Shown: positions 27,983 through 37,301 of the stretch, one piece after another
How the letters are laid out: every line of letters starts with the position of its first letter
Position numbering within the stretch: the stretch's first letter is position 1
DNA from: an uncultured bacterium
GTDB lineage: Bacteria > Chloroflexota > UBA5177 > JANWHV01
Length of the DNA stretch: 64,000 bases
Reading direction: 5' to 3'
Assembly: GCA_963827235.1 (NCBI GenBank)
Contig: CAWHAE010000020.1
Coordinates: 64,001 to 128,000, forward strand
Program-made: the position numbers and the translations under genes
Notes under the pieces: model-generated
Databases searched by the model: none
What the model was told of the DNA's origin: nothing
The model's input: the letters and a program-made list of their open reading frames with translations, nothing else

Positions 27983-29080
27983 GTGGAATTCGTTAGGCGA
28001 TTCCCGTATCCCCCGCCGTGCTGCCTCGTCGCGCTGATCGTTTTGGTGGTCTACGGCTCTGTCTTTGCGGTGCGCTATCGCCTGGACGGCGGCTCCCTGC
28101 CCTTCGTCGTGATGGGCACGTCCAACTCGCCCGGCAATCACGGCTACGACGGGCAGTACTACTACAGGATCGCCGTGGCGCCTTTGGGCACGACGCGCGG
28201 GTTGGACAGGGCGGCCTATCGCTATCTGCGCATCGGATATCCGGCGCTTGCGCGGGTGTTAAGCGGCGGCCGAACCGCGCTCGTGCCGGCGGTGCTGGTG
28301 CTGATCAACATTGCTGCCATTGCACTCGGCACGTTCGCCTGTGCGCGGCTGCTGCGCTCGCACGGCTCTTCGCCGGCTTACGCGCTCCTGTGGGCTCTCT
28401 ACGCGGGACAGGCGGCGGCATTCTGGCGCGACCTTGCCGAGCCGACGGCCATGCTCCTCGTGGCAGGAGCGCTGCTTGCCGCGTCCGCCCAGCGGCTCGT
28501 CCCGGCAGGTGTGCTGTTCGCGGCCGCCGCTCTGACTAAGGAGACAGCTCTGCTCTTCGCGGTGGCGGTCGGCGGGCAGTTCCTCCTGCGGGGTCATCTG
28601 CGCGCCTTCTCCACCTTGTCCATCCTGGTTGCCGCGCCCTATCTCGCCTGGCAGGCAGCGGTGGCTCGCATGTTCGCTCACAGCGTGCTGTCCGAGGCGC
28701 ACTCGTCGCCCAGGCTGCTGCTTGACGGTCTGCAGGGTGCTCGCGATTCCGCTGCCCTGGCAGGGGATCTCGCGGTGGTCGTGCTTCCGAGCGTCCTCTG
28801 CGTTGCCCTGCTGGCATCAGGCATCTGGCAGCGCCACGGCGACGGCGTGGCCGGGTTCCTGGAAGCCGCCAGTAGCTGGAGCACGCTCGCGCTGGCCCTG
28901 AATATCGCGTTCGTCTGGTTGCTGCCCAGGGAGACGTGGGCGGATCTCTGGGCGTCGGCGCGGACTGCCGACGGATTGGTGTTGGCTGCTCTCGCTCATC
29001 CCCGATTTGGCGCGTGCCGGATGCGGGGGCCATTGGCCACTGCGTGGGCGGTCAGCGCGCTGTTTCTCTGCTGGTCTTGA
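27983..29080 (+). CDS. Polytopic membrane protein, GT-C-like putative glycopolymer transferase (AZOBR_p60025-like)
   Basis: GYDGQYYYRIA, AYRYLRIGYPALA, DLAEP, ALTKET and many TM helices. Confidence 0.6.
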   Translation: MEFVRRFPYPPPCCLVALIVLVVYGSVFAVRYRLDGGSLPFVVMGTSNSPGNHGYDGQYYYRIAVAPLGTTRGLDRAAYRYLRIGYPALARVLSGGRTALVPAVLVLINIAAIALGTFACARLLRSHGSSPAYALLWALYAGQAAAFWRDLAEPTAMLLVAGALLAASAQRLVPAGVLFAAAALTKETALLFAVAVGGQFLLRGHLRAFSTLSILVAAPYLAWQAAVARMFAHSVLSEAHSSPRLLLDGLQGARDSAALAGDLAVVVLPSVLCVALLASGIWQRHGDGVAGFLEAASSWSTLALALNIAFVWLLPRETWADLWASARTADGLVLAALAHPRFGACRMRGPLATAWAVSALFLCWS

Positions 29081-29112
29081 GCGGGATAGGCGGCAGGTCG
29101 GCACGCATCCAC

Positions 29113-29880
29113 TCAGCCTGCAATGCTCGGAGCGGCCACACCGTGGCCGGCGTCCGGCGCGAGGTCGACGACTCGCTCGTGGAGCCAACGGGAGGCCATC
29201 GTCTTGACGTCTTCGAGATGATCTGCCATCGCGGTATGGGCGGCGCGCGAGTCGTGCGCGGCGATCGCTGTCATGATGCAGTGATGGTGTTGAATGGAGC
29301 TGGCTGTGCCGGTATACGCCCGCAGTGACCACTCGCGCGTTTCGCGCAGCGCTTCGTTGATATAGCTCACGATCGTGACCAGCAGGTCGTTGTGCGTGGC
29401 CTCGGCTATGGCGAAGTGAAAGGCCGTGTCCTGTTCGAGGCCGGTGCCGCCGCCGTCCACGGCGCGCTCCTGATCGGCAATCAGATCGTGCATGGCGGCG
29501 ATCTCGACGTCGGTGGCCCGCAGCGCCGCCAGGGCGGCAGTCTGCGGCTCGAAGATCGAGCGGACCTCGAGCGGATTTCGGATGGCCGGGCCGCCATGCG
29601 CCGACAGTTGCGCCAGAGGCAGACCCAGCGCCGTGTCAAGCGTGGCACAGACGACCGTACTGCCACCTTGATGGCTCTCTATGAAGCCTTTCGACTGCAG
29701 TACGCTTAGCGCCTCCCGAACTGACGCCCGGCTGACGCCGAACTGCGAGGACAGATCGCGTTCGGCCGGCAGGCGCTCACCCGGCGCCAATCGGCCCGAA
29801 ACGATATCTTGCTGCAATTGCCGTGCAATCTGCTCGTAAAGCCTGGTCTTGAGAACGTGTCGCTGTGACGTCATTGTCAT
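29113..29880 (-). CDS. GntR-family regulator, FadR subfamily
   Basis: LYEQIA, GERLPAERDL, GVSRASVREAL wHTH; FCD domain DTAFHFAIAEATHN. Confidence 0.93.
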   Translation of the reverse strand: MTMTSQRHVLKTRLYEQIARQLQQDIVSGRLAPGERLPAERDLSSQFGVSRASVREALSVLQSKGFIESHQGGSTVVCATLDTALGLPLAQLSAHGGPAIRNPLEVRSIFEPQTAALAALRATDVEIAAMHDLIADQERAVDGGGTGLEQDTAFHFAIAEATHNDLLVTIVSYINEALRETREWSLRAYTGTASSIQHHHCIMTAIAAHDSRAAHTAMADHLEDVKTMASRWLHERVVDLAPDAGHGVAAPSIAG

Positions 29881-30125
29881 GCTTTCTGTGTGCGAGCGGA
29901 ACTCACCCGTAGCATCCCTCGTACCATGGTCCGCAGACCCCGGCGGCTGCGGACGGGACTCGTCCAAGGCGCGGCGCGAGGCTGCTCACGCCCCGCCCGA
30001 GCCGGGCCGGCACCGCTGGCCGGGCTCGCCTGGACGCCGTCCCACTGTGAATGAGGCATCCCAGGAGCGCGCACTGGGGGTCTGGGAGCCTGCTGCGAGC
30101 CTACGAGGGCTGGCCGGCCGTCTTT

Positions 30126-30136
30126 TGGTCTGACAA
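30126..30136. promoter_or_regulatory. Putative FadR-type operator TGGTCTGACAA
   Basis: Fits the FadR-subfamily TxGT-N3-ACxA pattern; in the divergent regulator/oppA spacer. Confidence 0.6.
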
Positions 30137-30233
30137 CCTAACCACACTATACGTCCGCAGGCAACCTTGGCGCAACCCCTTGCACCGCTAGTTGCGGTGT
30201 GTTACGGTATGGGCACCCGGCGCAATGGTATGC

Positions 30234-30244
30234 TTGTCAGGCCA
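30234..30244. promoter_or_regulatory. Second putative FadR-type operator (reverse complement TGGCCTGACAA)
   Basis: 10/11 identical to the 30126 site in inverted orientation; abuts a TGnTATGCT extended -10. Confidence 0.55.
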
Positions 30245-30365
30245 CTTGGGGGCGATTCGTGCTTCCCTGCCGGCTTGGCGGTGCGGCTACGGGATGAGGG
30301 CAGGGACTGCCCGTCTGTGTTGCAGGCCCTCCTCGCCTGCTCAAGCCGAAGGGACGTCGAGAATC

Positions 30366-32045
30366 ATGCCAGACCTGCGCCCCGCGTCACTCCGCAAGTA
30401 TCTTTCCACACGCGGCCTCTCCCACCTTGTGCGGTCGTCCGTGGCGGCCGGCCTCCTTCTGGCCGGACAAGCCGGCGTTGCCGGCTCTGCGGCCGCCGCT
30501 GCACCGCAGCGAGGCGGCACTCTGATCTACGCCGAGAACTTCGGATCCTTCGACTCCTTCATTCCCGTTGTCAGTCCGGCCGAGATCGTGGACGACGAAG
30601 CCCAGGTGCTTCTCTATCGCCCCCTGCTTTGGATCGGGCAGAAAGCCAGCATTGAGTACGACCGCAGTATCGCCAGGTCGATCACTGTCTCCAAGGACCT
30701 CACGAGCTATACGGTGAATATGCAGCCGGACTACAAGTGGTCGGACGGCAGCCCGGTGACCGCGGACGACGTTGCCTACTGCTACAACCTCATGAAGCAG
30801 TACGGCACCAAGTACGCCTACTATGGCATCGGCGGTCTGCCAAATCTGGTCAAGTCCTTCACCGTCGATTCGCCTACCTCCTTCACCATCGTGATGACGA
30901 CACCCTTCAATCCTTCGTATTTCGAGCTCAACGGCCTGGCACAGCTCCGTCCGTTGCCCAGCAAAGCCTGGAAATCCTACAACGCGACCTATCTCTTCAA
31001 CCATCAAACCGATCCGCAGGTTCTGAGCATCGTCGACGGTCCCTACAAGCTCACCAAGTTTGTGAGCGGCCAGTACGCACGCTTTGAGCGCAACCCTATG
31101 TACAGCGGACACCAGTCCTATCTGGACACGTACATCGTGCAGTTCTATTCGGCGGACCAGGCGCTCTTTGCTGCCCTCCGGACCGACGCGGTGCAGATCG
31201 GCGCCGCGCCCTATTCGCTGCACAGCTCGTGGTCGCAGCTCAGCAACCTGGCCACCTACTCCTACTCCATCTTCGGCTTCGACTACATCACGCTCAACTA
31301 TCGCAACCCGGCCACCAGCTTCTTCAAGGACGTGAGCGTCCGCCAGGCCATGCAGCTGGCCATCAACCAGCCGGAGATGAACCAGGCGCTCTACTACGGC
31401 AACGCGCACTCGGCCTACTCGCCGGTACCCTACTCACCCTCCACGTATCTGTCGAGCGCGGCCAAGGCTTCGATGAACGCCGACCACTACGATCTGACCA
31501 AGGCGGCGGCCCTGCTCGATTCGGCCGGCTGGACCATGTCCGGTGGCGTACGCGAGAAGGCAGGACAGAAGCTGACGTTTACCTTCGAGGTCTTTAGCGG
31601 CCAGGAAACGGCGGTCAGGCAGGCTGAGATCATCCAGCAGGACTTTGCCAAGCTCGGTATTCAGATTAGCCTGAAGCAGGTGACGTTCCAGACCGGCATC
31701 GCCCAGCTTGCCGCCAAGGGCACTAGCTGGGATGCGATCGGCATCGGCTGGATCTACTATCCGAACTTCTACCCGCTCGGCGACGGCCTGTTTGCCACGA
31801 CCGGAGGATCGAATTTCGGCGGCTTCAGCGATCCGAAGCTCGACGCGACCGTTGTCGAGGCCCAGACCAAGCCCGGAATGGCAGGCATTTACGCCTACGG
31901 CGACTATGCGTCCACCGTGGTTCCGGCCCTCTTCCTGGACTATCCGGAGACCGTGATCAAGTACCAGCCCAACGTCCAGGGCGTGGGCGACTTCTTCAAT
32001 CCCGTGTTCGGGTTCTCGCCTGAATATCTCTGGCTCAAGCACTGA
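30366..32045 (+). CDS. Peptide/nickel ABC transporter substrate-binding protein (family 5)
   Basis: KWSDGSPVTADDV, DGPYKL, VRQAMQLAINQ, YDLTKAAALLDSAGW; N-terminal signal peptide. Confidence 0.9.
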   Translation: MPDLRPASLRKYLSTRGLSHLVRSSVAAGLLLAGQAGVAGSAAAAAPQRGGTLIYAENFGSFDSFIPVVSPAEIVDDEAQVLLYRPLLWIGQKASIEYDRSIARSITVSKDLTSYTVNMQPDYKWSDGSPVTADDVAYCYNLMKQYGTKYAYYGIGGLPNLVKSFTVDSPTSFTIVMTTPFNPSYFELNGLAQLRPLPSKAWKSYNATYLFNHQTDPQVLSIVDGPYKLTKFVSGQYARFERNPMYSGHQSYLDTYIVQFYSADQALFAALRTDAVQIGAAPYSLHSSWSQLSNLATYSYSIFGFDYITLNYRNPATSFFKDVSVRQAMQLAINQPEMNQALYYGNAHSAYSPVPYSPSTYLSSAAKASMNADHYDLTKAAALLDSAGWTMSGGVREKAGQKLTFTFEVFSGQETAVRQAEIIQQDFAKLGIQISLKQVTFQTGIAQLAAKGTSWDAIGIGWIYYPNFYPLGDGLFATTGGSNFGGFSDPKLDATVVEAQTKPGMAGIYAYGDYASTVVPALFLDYPETVIKYQPNVQGVGDFFNPVFGFSPEYLWLKH

Positions 32046-32072
32046 GAGCCGGATAGAAAGCAGGCCGATCCC

Positions 32073-33026
32073 ATGCTGACTGCGCTCACCCGGCGAGTGC
32101 TCGCTTCGCTCGTCTCCATCGTCATACTCACCGTGCTGGTGTTCTGGGTTAGCGAGCTCACGCCGGGCGGGCCGGCCTCGACCATTCTCGGGCTGCACGC
32201 CACCGAAGGCGCGGTCAAAAGTCTCAACGCTTCGCTGGGTGTCGATCGCCCGTTCGTCGTGCAGTACGCGGATTGGTGGGCGAACATGATCCAGGGCAAT
32301 CTTGGATACTCCTACGTCCTGCACGAGCCGGTGACGACCGCGATCGGCCAGTATCTGGGCAACACGTTTGCTCTCGACGCAATCGCGCTGGTGCTCTCCG
32401 TGCTGCTTTCGCTCGCCTTGGGCATGCTGCAGGGCGCCATGGATGGAACGTGCGTGAGCAAGCTGATCAGCCTGGCACAGTTTACGCTGTACGCTATGCC
32501 CATCTTCTGGTTGGGCCTGATCCTGATCAGCGTGTTCTCGGTGTCGCTCAACCTGCTGCCCTCGAGCGGGTCGCAGAACCTGGCGAACAGCGGCTTCGAC
32601 CTGGGCGACTATACGCGCCACCTCGTCCTGCCCGGCGCGACCCTGACACTGGTGTTCACGTCGTTCTTCTCACGTTACATGGGTGCCGCTGCCCGACAGG
32701 AGTTCCGGCAGGCATACGTCAGCGTGGCTGCCGCCAAAGGCGCAGCCCCGCTGCGCATCGCGATGCGCCACGTGCTGCGCAACGCCGCTCGCCCGCTGGT
32801 CACCCAGATAGGATTGTTCCTACCCTGGATCTTTGCCGGCGGCGTGGTCGTGGAGCAGGTGTTCAACTTTCCCGGGCTGGGCTACCTGCTGTGGCAATCG
32901 GCCCTCCAGCACGACTATCCGGTGCTGATCGTGATCGTGTTGCTGATCGGCGTGTTCACCATCGTCGGTAACCTGCTGGCGGACGTGATCAACGGCCTGC
33001 TGGACAAGAGGGTGCACTATGCATGA
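32073..33026 (+). CDS. Peptide ABC transporter permease (OppB/DppB-like)
   Basis: PGGPA, GNLGYSY, AAAKG EAA loop, RHVLRNA, EQVFNFPGLG. Confidence 0.92.
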   Translation: MLTALTRRVLASLVSIVILTVLVFWVSELTPGGPASTILGLHATEGAVKSLNASLGVDRPFVVQYADWWANMIQGNLGYSYVLHEPVTTAIGQYLGNTFALDAIALVLSVLLSLALGMLQGAMDGTCVSKLISLAQFTLYAMPIFWLGLILISVFSVSLNLLPSSGSQNLANSGFDLGDYTRHLVLPGATLTLVFTSFFSRYMGAAARQEFRQAYVSVAAAKGAAPLRIAMRHVLRNAARPLVTQIGLFLPWIFAGGVVVEQVFNFPGLGYLLWQSALQHDYPVLIVIVLLIGVFTIVGNLLADVINGLLDKRVHYA

Positions 33027-33903
33027 GAGCCAGGAACTGCGACTCAGCCGGGGCATCGCTCGCCGTTCCTGGAGGCTCCCCGGCCTTCCACAGTGGCTGA
33101 GGGAGCTCCCGGGAGGCGTCGACGTTGGGTTCATCGTGCTCGGCACGGTGACCGTGCTCACGTTTGTTGTGCCGCTCATCTACCATGCCAACCCGATAAC
33201 CGTCGATCCGCTCAACCAGCTCGCGCCGCCGTCGAGCGTTCACCCGTTGGGCACCGATCAGGTGGGCCGCGACCAGCTCGCCAGGGTGCTGGTAGGCGGC
33301 CAGGCCTCGCTGATCATCGGTTTCGCCGCGTCGATCCTCGCCGTTGCCATTGGCCTTGTCTACGGCTTGGCGGCCGGATTGGGCCCCAGACTGCTCGACG
33401 GGCTGCTCATGCGGCTGCTCGACGCGCTGCTGGCCGTGCCCACTATCGTGGTACTGCTGTTCCTGGCGGCTCTCGCCACGCTGGACAACGCCCTGCTCAT
33501 CGTCCTGCTGGGAGTCACCAGCTGGCCTCGCACCGCACGCGTCGTGAGGAACGAGACTCTGGCCTCGCGCGCGCGTGACTTCGTGACGGCCAGCAGGCAA
33601 TTTGGCGCGGGCACGTTGTGGATTGCGCGCGCGCACATTCTGCGCACGATCCTTCCAATCCTGGTCGTGAACCTCGTCTTCCTGCTGGCAGACAACGTGC
33701 TGGCGCTGTCCTTCCTCAGCTTCCTGGGTTTGGGAGTGCAGCCGCCCACGCCATCCTGGGGCAACCTTCTTTACGACGGGATGCAGAACATCTTCTCCAA
33801 CGCCTGGTGGATGATCTATCCGCCCGGGCTCATGATCTTCCTCACCGTAGTGGCCGTGAATCTGATCGGCGAAGGCGTGATCGGCGCCATGGAGCGCAGC
33901 TAG
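33019..33903 (+). CDS. Peptide ABC transporter permease (OppC/DppC-like)
   Basis: HPLGTDQVGRD, LSFLGLGVQPPTPSWG. Confidence 0.92.
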   Translation: MHESQELRLSRGIARRSWRLPGLPQWLRELPGGVDVGFIVLGTVTVLTFVVPLIYHANPITVDPLNQLAPPSSVHPLGTDQVGRDQLARVLVGGQASLIIGFAASILAVAIGLVYGLAAGLGPRLLDGLLMRLLDALLAVPTIVVLLFLAALATLDNALLIVLLGVTSWPRTARVVRNETLASRARDFVTASRQFGAGTLWIARAHILRTILPILVVNLVFLLADNVLALSFLSFLGLGVQPPTPSWGNLLYDGMQNIFSNAWWMIYPPGLMIFLTVVAVNLIGEGVIGAMERS

Positions 33904-34911
33904 ATGGCTCTGCTTGAGGTCCAGGATCTGCACGTCGAGTTTCGCAGCCGCCACGGCGTGGTCCGGGCCGTCGACGGCGTGTCGTTTTCCGTCGACGCCG
34001 GAGAGGTAGTCGGCATCGTCGGCGAGTCGGGCTCGGGGAAGAGCATTACCGCTCTCTCTCTGCTGCGCCTCCTGCCCAGGGCGGCGCGTATTACCGGCGG
34101 GCAGATCCGCTTCGACGGCCGGGACCTGCTCAGGCAGCCCGAGCGAGAGCTGCGACGCATTCGGGGCAACCAGATAGCCATGGTGTTCCAGGATCCCATG
34201 ACGTCGCTCAACCCGACGCTCACGGTCGGGCACCAGATTGCCGAGAGCCACTACCTGCACCGGGGCGGTGGCTGGACCGCGGCCAGGAATCGGACCGTGG
34301 AGCTGCTGGATGCCGTTGGTGTCCCGGATGCGCGTGCGCGGCTTGGTGACTATCCGCACCAGTTTTCCGGCGGCATGCGGCAACGGGTGATGATCGCCAT
34401 GGCTCTCGCCTGTACGCCGCGCCTGCTGATCGCGGACGAGCCGACAACCGCGCTCGACGTGACTATCCAGGCGCAGATTCTGCAGCTTCTGCGCGACTTG
34501 CAGCAGCAGCTGAATATCGCCGTGCTGCTGATCACGCACGACATGGGCATCGTGGCCCAGAACACCCACAGGGTGCTGGTCATGTATGCCGGTCAGCTCG
34601 TGGAGGAGGGCGCGACCTCGACCCTGTTCGAACAACGCCTTCACCCGTACAGTGAAGCCTTGCTCGGCTGCGTGCCGCGCCTCGACATAGGCGACGGACT
34701 GCCGTCCGAACGCCTGGTCAGCATCCGAGGCGCCCCTCCGGACCTGGCGAGCTTGCCTGCCGGCTGCCGCTTTGCACCGCGTTGTCCTCACGCGGCCGCG
34801 AAGTGCAGCGAACATGTGCCCCTGCTCAGCACGGCGTTGCCCGGTCGCACAGTGGCCTGCTTCTATCCGCTAACCGGTGCCGATGGACCCGAGCCTGCCC
34901 TGATCGGTTGA
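33904..34911 (+). CDS. Peptide ABC transporter ATP-binding protein (OppD-like)
   Basis: [37 protein letters not shown]. Confidence 0.95.
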   Translation: MALLEVQDLHVEFRSRHGVVRAVDGVSFSVDAGEVVGIVGESGSGKSITALSLLRLLPRAARITGGQIRFDGRDLLRQPERELRRIRGNQIAMVFQDPMTSLNPTLTVGHQIAESHYLHRGGGWTAARNRTVELLDAVGVPDARARLGDYPHQFSGGMRQRVMIAMALACTPRLLIADEPTTALDVTIQAQILQLLRDLQQQLNIAVLLITHDMGIVAQNTHRVLVMYAGQLVEEGATSTLFEQRLHPYSEALLGCVPRLDIGDGLPSERLVSIRGAPPDLASLPAGCRFAPRCPHAAAKCSEHVPLLSTALPGRTVACFYPLTGADGPEPALIG

Positions 34912-34922
34912 AAGGAATTTCC

Positions 34923-35960
34923 ATGGCCGTGGAAGCCGTTCGGCCGGCAGCTACACCGCTGCTGTCGGTCAAGCACCTCACGGTGACCTTCCGTGTTGCC
35001 GGCGGATTTGCCTGGCGACGCCATACACGCGGTGTCCAGGCGGTCTCAGACCTTTCATTCGACGTTGCCGCCGGTGAGACCTTGGGCCTTGTCGGCGAGA
35101 GCGGCTGCGGCAAGACCTCCACGGGCCGCGCCGTCCTCCAGATCGTGCGGCCTACAAACGGGCAGGTGTTCTTCGATGGCGAGGACCTGACGGCCATGGA
35201 CGAGTCGGCGCTTCGGCCGCGGCGGCGCAAGATGCAGCTCGTGTTCCAGGATCCCTTCGCTTCGCTCAATCCACGTATGACGGTGGGAGACATCCTGGCC
35301 GAGCCCCTGGCCGTGCAACACGTCGGCACGCGTGGAGAGCGTTCACGGGCGGTGGCCGACCTGCTGCATATGGTTGGGCTCGGCGCGCATGCCACTCGCC
35401 GCTATCCTCACGAATTCTCCGGCGGCCAGCGGCAGCGCATTGCCATCGCTCGGGCGCTGGCCCTGCGGCCGGAGTTTCTGGTGCTCGACGAGCCGGTATC
35501 CGCTCTGGATGTCTCTATCCAGGCTCAGGTGCTCAATCTGCTCGTCGATCTCCAGCGGGAGCTGCACCTCACCTATCTGTTCATCGCGCACAACCTTGCC
35601 GTCGTGCGCTACATGTCGAGCCGGGTGGCCGTGATGTACCTTGGCAAGATGGCCGAGATTGGGCCGGCGCGCGCCCTCTACCGGACGCCGGCACACCCGT
35701 ACACTGCAGGCCTGCTGTCGGCCGTACCGGTTCCCGACCCGGCCCAGCAGCAGGCGAGTAAATCGCCCCAGCTCAAGGGGGACCTGCCCTCTCCCATGGC
35801 TCCGCCGTCGGGTTGCCGCTTTCACACTCGCTGCCCAAGGGCTCAGGCACGATGCCGTGACGAGGAGCCCTTGCTGCGTGCGATCGGGGAGGACCATGTC
35901 GCTGCCTGTCACTATCCGTTGACGCCGTCCCCTGCCTTCGCGCAAGCTGCGCCGGATTAG
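34923..35960 (+). CDS. Peptide ABC transporter ATP-binding protein (OppF-like)
   Basis: GESGCGKT, YPHEFSGGQRQR, DEPVSALDVSIQAQ, GCRFHTRCP. Confidence 0.95.
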   Translation: MAVEAVRPAATPLLSVKHLTVTFRVAGGFAWRRHTRGVQAVSDLSFDVAAGETLGLVGESGCGKTSTGRAVLQIVRPTNGQVFFDGEDLTAMDESALRPRRRKMQLVFQDPFASLNPRMTVGDILAEPLAVQHVGTRGERSRAVADLLHMVGLGAHATRRYPHEFSGGQRQRIAIARALALRPEFLVLDEPVSALDVSIQAQVLNLLVDLQRELHLTYLFIAHNLAVVRYMSSRVAVMYLGKMAEIGPARALYRTPAHPYTAGLLSAVPVPDPAQQQASKSPQLKGDLPSPMAPPSGCRFHTRCPRAQARCRDEEPLLRAIGEDHVAACHYPLTPSPAFAQAAPD

Positions 35961-36227
35961 CAACCTGCCGGCTATCGGTCGTTGGTCCGATAGGGCGGCG
36001 AGACAATCGCGGGTGACGGCGCCTCGGTGGTTAGCACGGATAAGCACTGTCCCGCGTGCCAACCTCGCCGCCGGAAACGGCGTTCACCTGACGGTAAGTG
36101 GCCGCCGGGCAGCCAATCTGCCCAGTGGATAACCGCATTCACTGGCACTGGTCTTCATTTCAGAGTCAGGCTGAGTGCCTGCGCAATGCCTGGCAGCCGG
36201 CAGGCTGCCGGAGGGAGATGGCGTGCC

Positions 36228-37184
36228 ATGCTCACACTCGTTTGTCCGCCCGAGGCCTTGCATCGTGCCTGGGACAACAGCCTGCGTCCCGCACTGACCA
36301 TAGATCCCGGCGATGAAGTCACGTTCTCGACCGTCGACGCGAAGGACGGCCAGGTTCCTGCGCCGGGCTGGGCCGCGCCCCGTGCTCCCTCGCAGTCCAT
36401 GGGGATCCGGCCGGCAATCGCACCGGGCCATCCTCTGAGCGGGCCGGTTGCCGTAAGAGGTGCCCGCCCTGGCGACGTGCTTGAGGTCCGAGTTCTGGAG
36501 GTCAGGCCGGACGATTGGGGCTGGACCGCGACCGGCGACAACGGTCTGCTGGCCGGCGAGGACGAGGGCCCCTATCGGCTGTATTGGGATCTGCGGGGTA
36601 CCCGTGCCGTACCGTGGTTCGAAATGCCTCGTCCCCCGCTTCCGGTGAGCGTGCCCATGCGGCCCTTTTGCGGGGTCATGGGCACGGCGCCGGCCGAACC
36701 CGGCGAGTGCTCCACCATACCGCCGCGCTCGGTCGGAGGCAATATGGACGTGCGGTCGCTCGTGGCGGGAAGCGTTCTGCTGCTTCCGGTCGCGGTGGAA
36801 GGTGCCCTCTTCTCGGTGGGAGACGTGCATGCGGCGCAGGGGCACGGTGAAGTTTGCGGTACCGGTATCGAGTGCCGAGCCACGGTGCGCCTCCGCTTCG
36901 ATCTGCGGCGCGATCGCACCCTTGTCGCTCCCGAGTTCCAGGTGCCCTCGCTCCCATCCGCCGGTGCGGCGTACGGCACGACAGGCATCTCGCCGGATCT
37001 GATGGAAGCGGCGCGCCTGGCGGTCGGGCGCATGATCGCCTACCTGGGTGAAGCACATCAGCTGAGCTTCAGCGAGGCGTATATCCTGTGTAGTGTGGCA
37101 GTCGATCTGAGCATCGCCGAGGTCGTGAATCCGCCGAAATGGGTGGTAACGGCACAACTCCCGCTGCACGTGTTAGAGGCGTGA
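36228..37184 (+). CDS. Acetamidase/formamidase family protein
   Basis: GHPLSGPVAVRGARPGD, GGNMD, GDVHAAQGHGEVCGTGIE, EAYILCSVAVDL. Confidence 0.9.
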   Translation: MLTLVCPPEALHRAWDNSLRPALTIDPGDEVTFSTVDAKDGQVPAPGWAAPRAPSQSMGIRPAIAPGHPLSGPVAVRGARPGDVLEVRVLEVRPDDWGWTATGDNGLLAGEDEGPYRLYWDLRGTRAVPWFEMPRPPLPVSVPMRPFCGVMGTAPAEPGECSTIPPRSVGGNMDVRSLVAGSVLLLPVAVEGALFSVGDVHAAQGHGEVCGTGIECRATVRLRFDLRRDRTLVAPEFQVPSLPSAGAAYGTTGISPDLMEAARLAVGRMIAYLGEAHQLSFSEAYILCSVAVDLSIAEVVNPPKWVVTAQLPLHVLEA

Positions 37185-37301
37185 TAGCGCCGTTGCTGGA
37201 GTGAGGACTTGCGGTTACACGCACCGACACTCGGTTGCGACTCCGTCATGCAGGCTCGGATCTGACGCGCCCCCTCGCCGGTGGAATGGGAGGACACGCC
37301 G

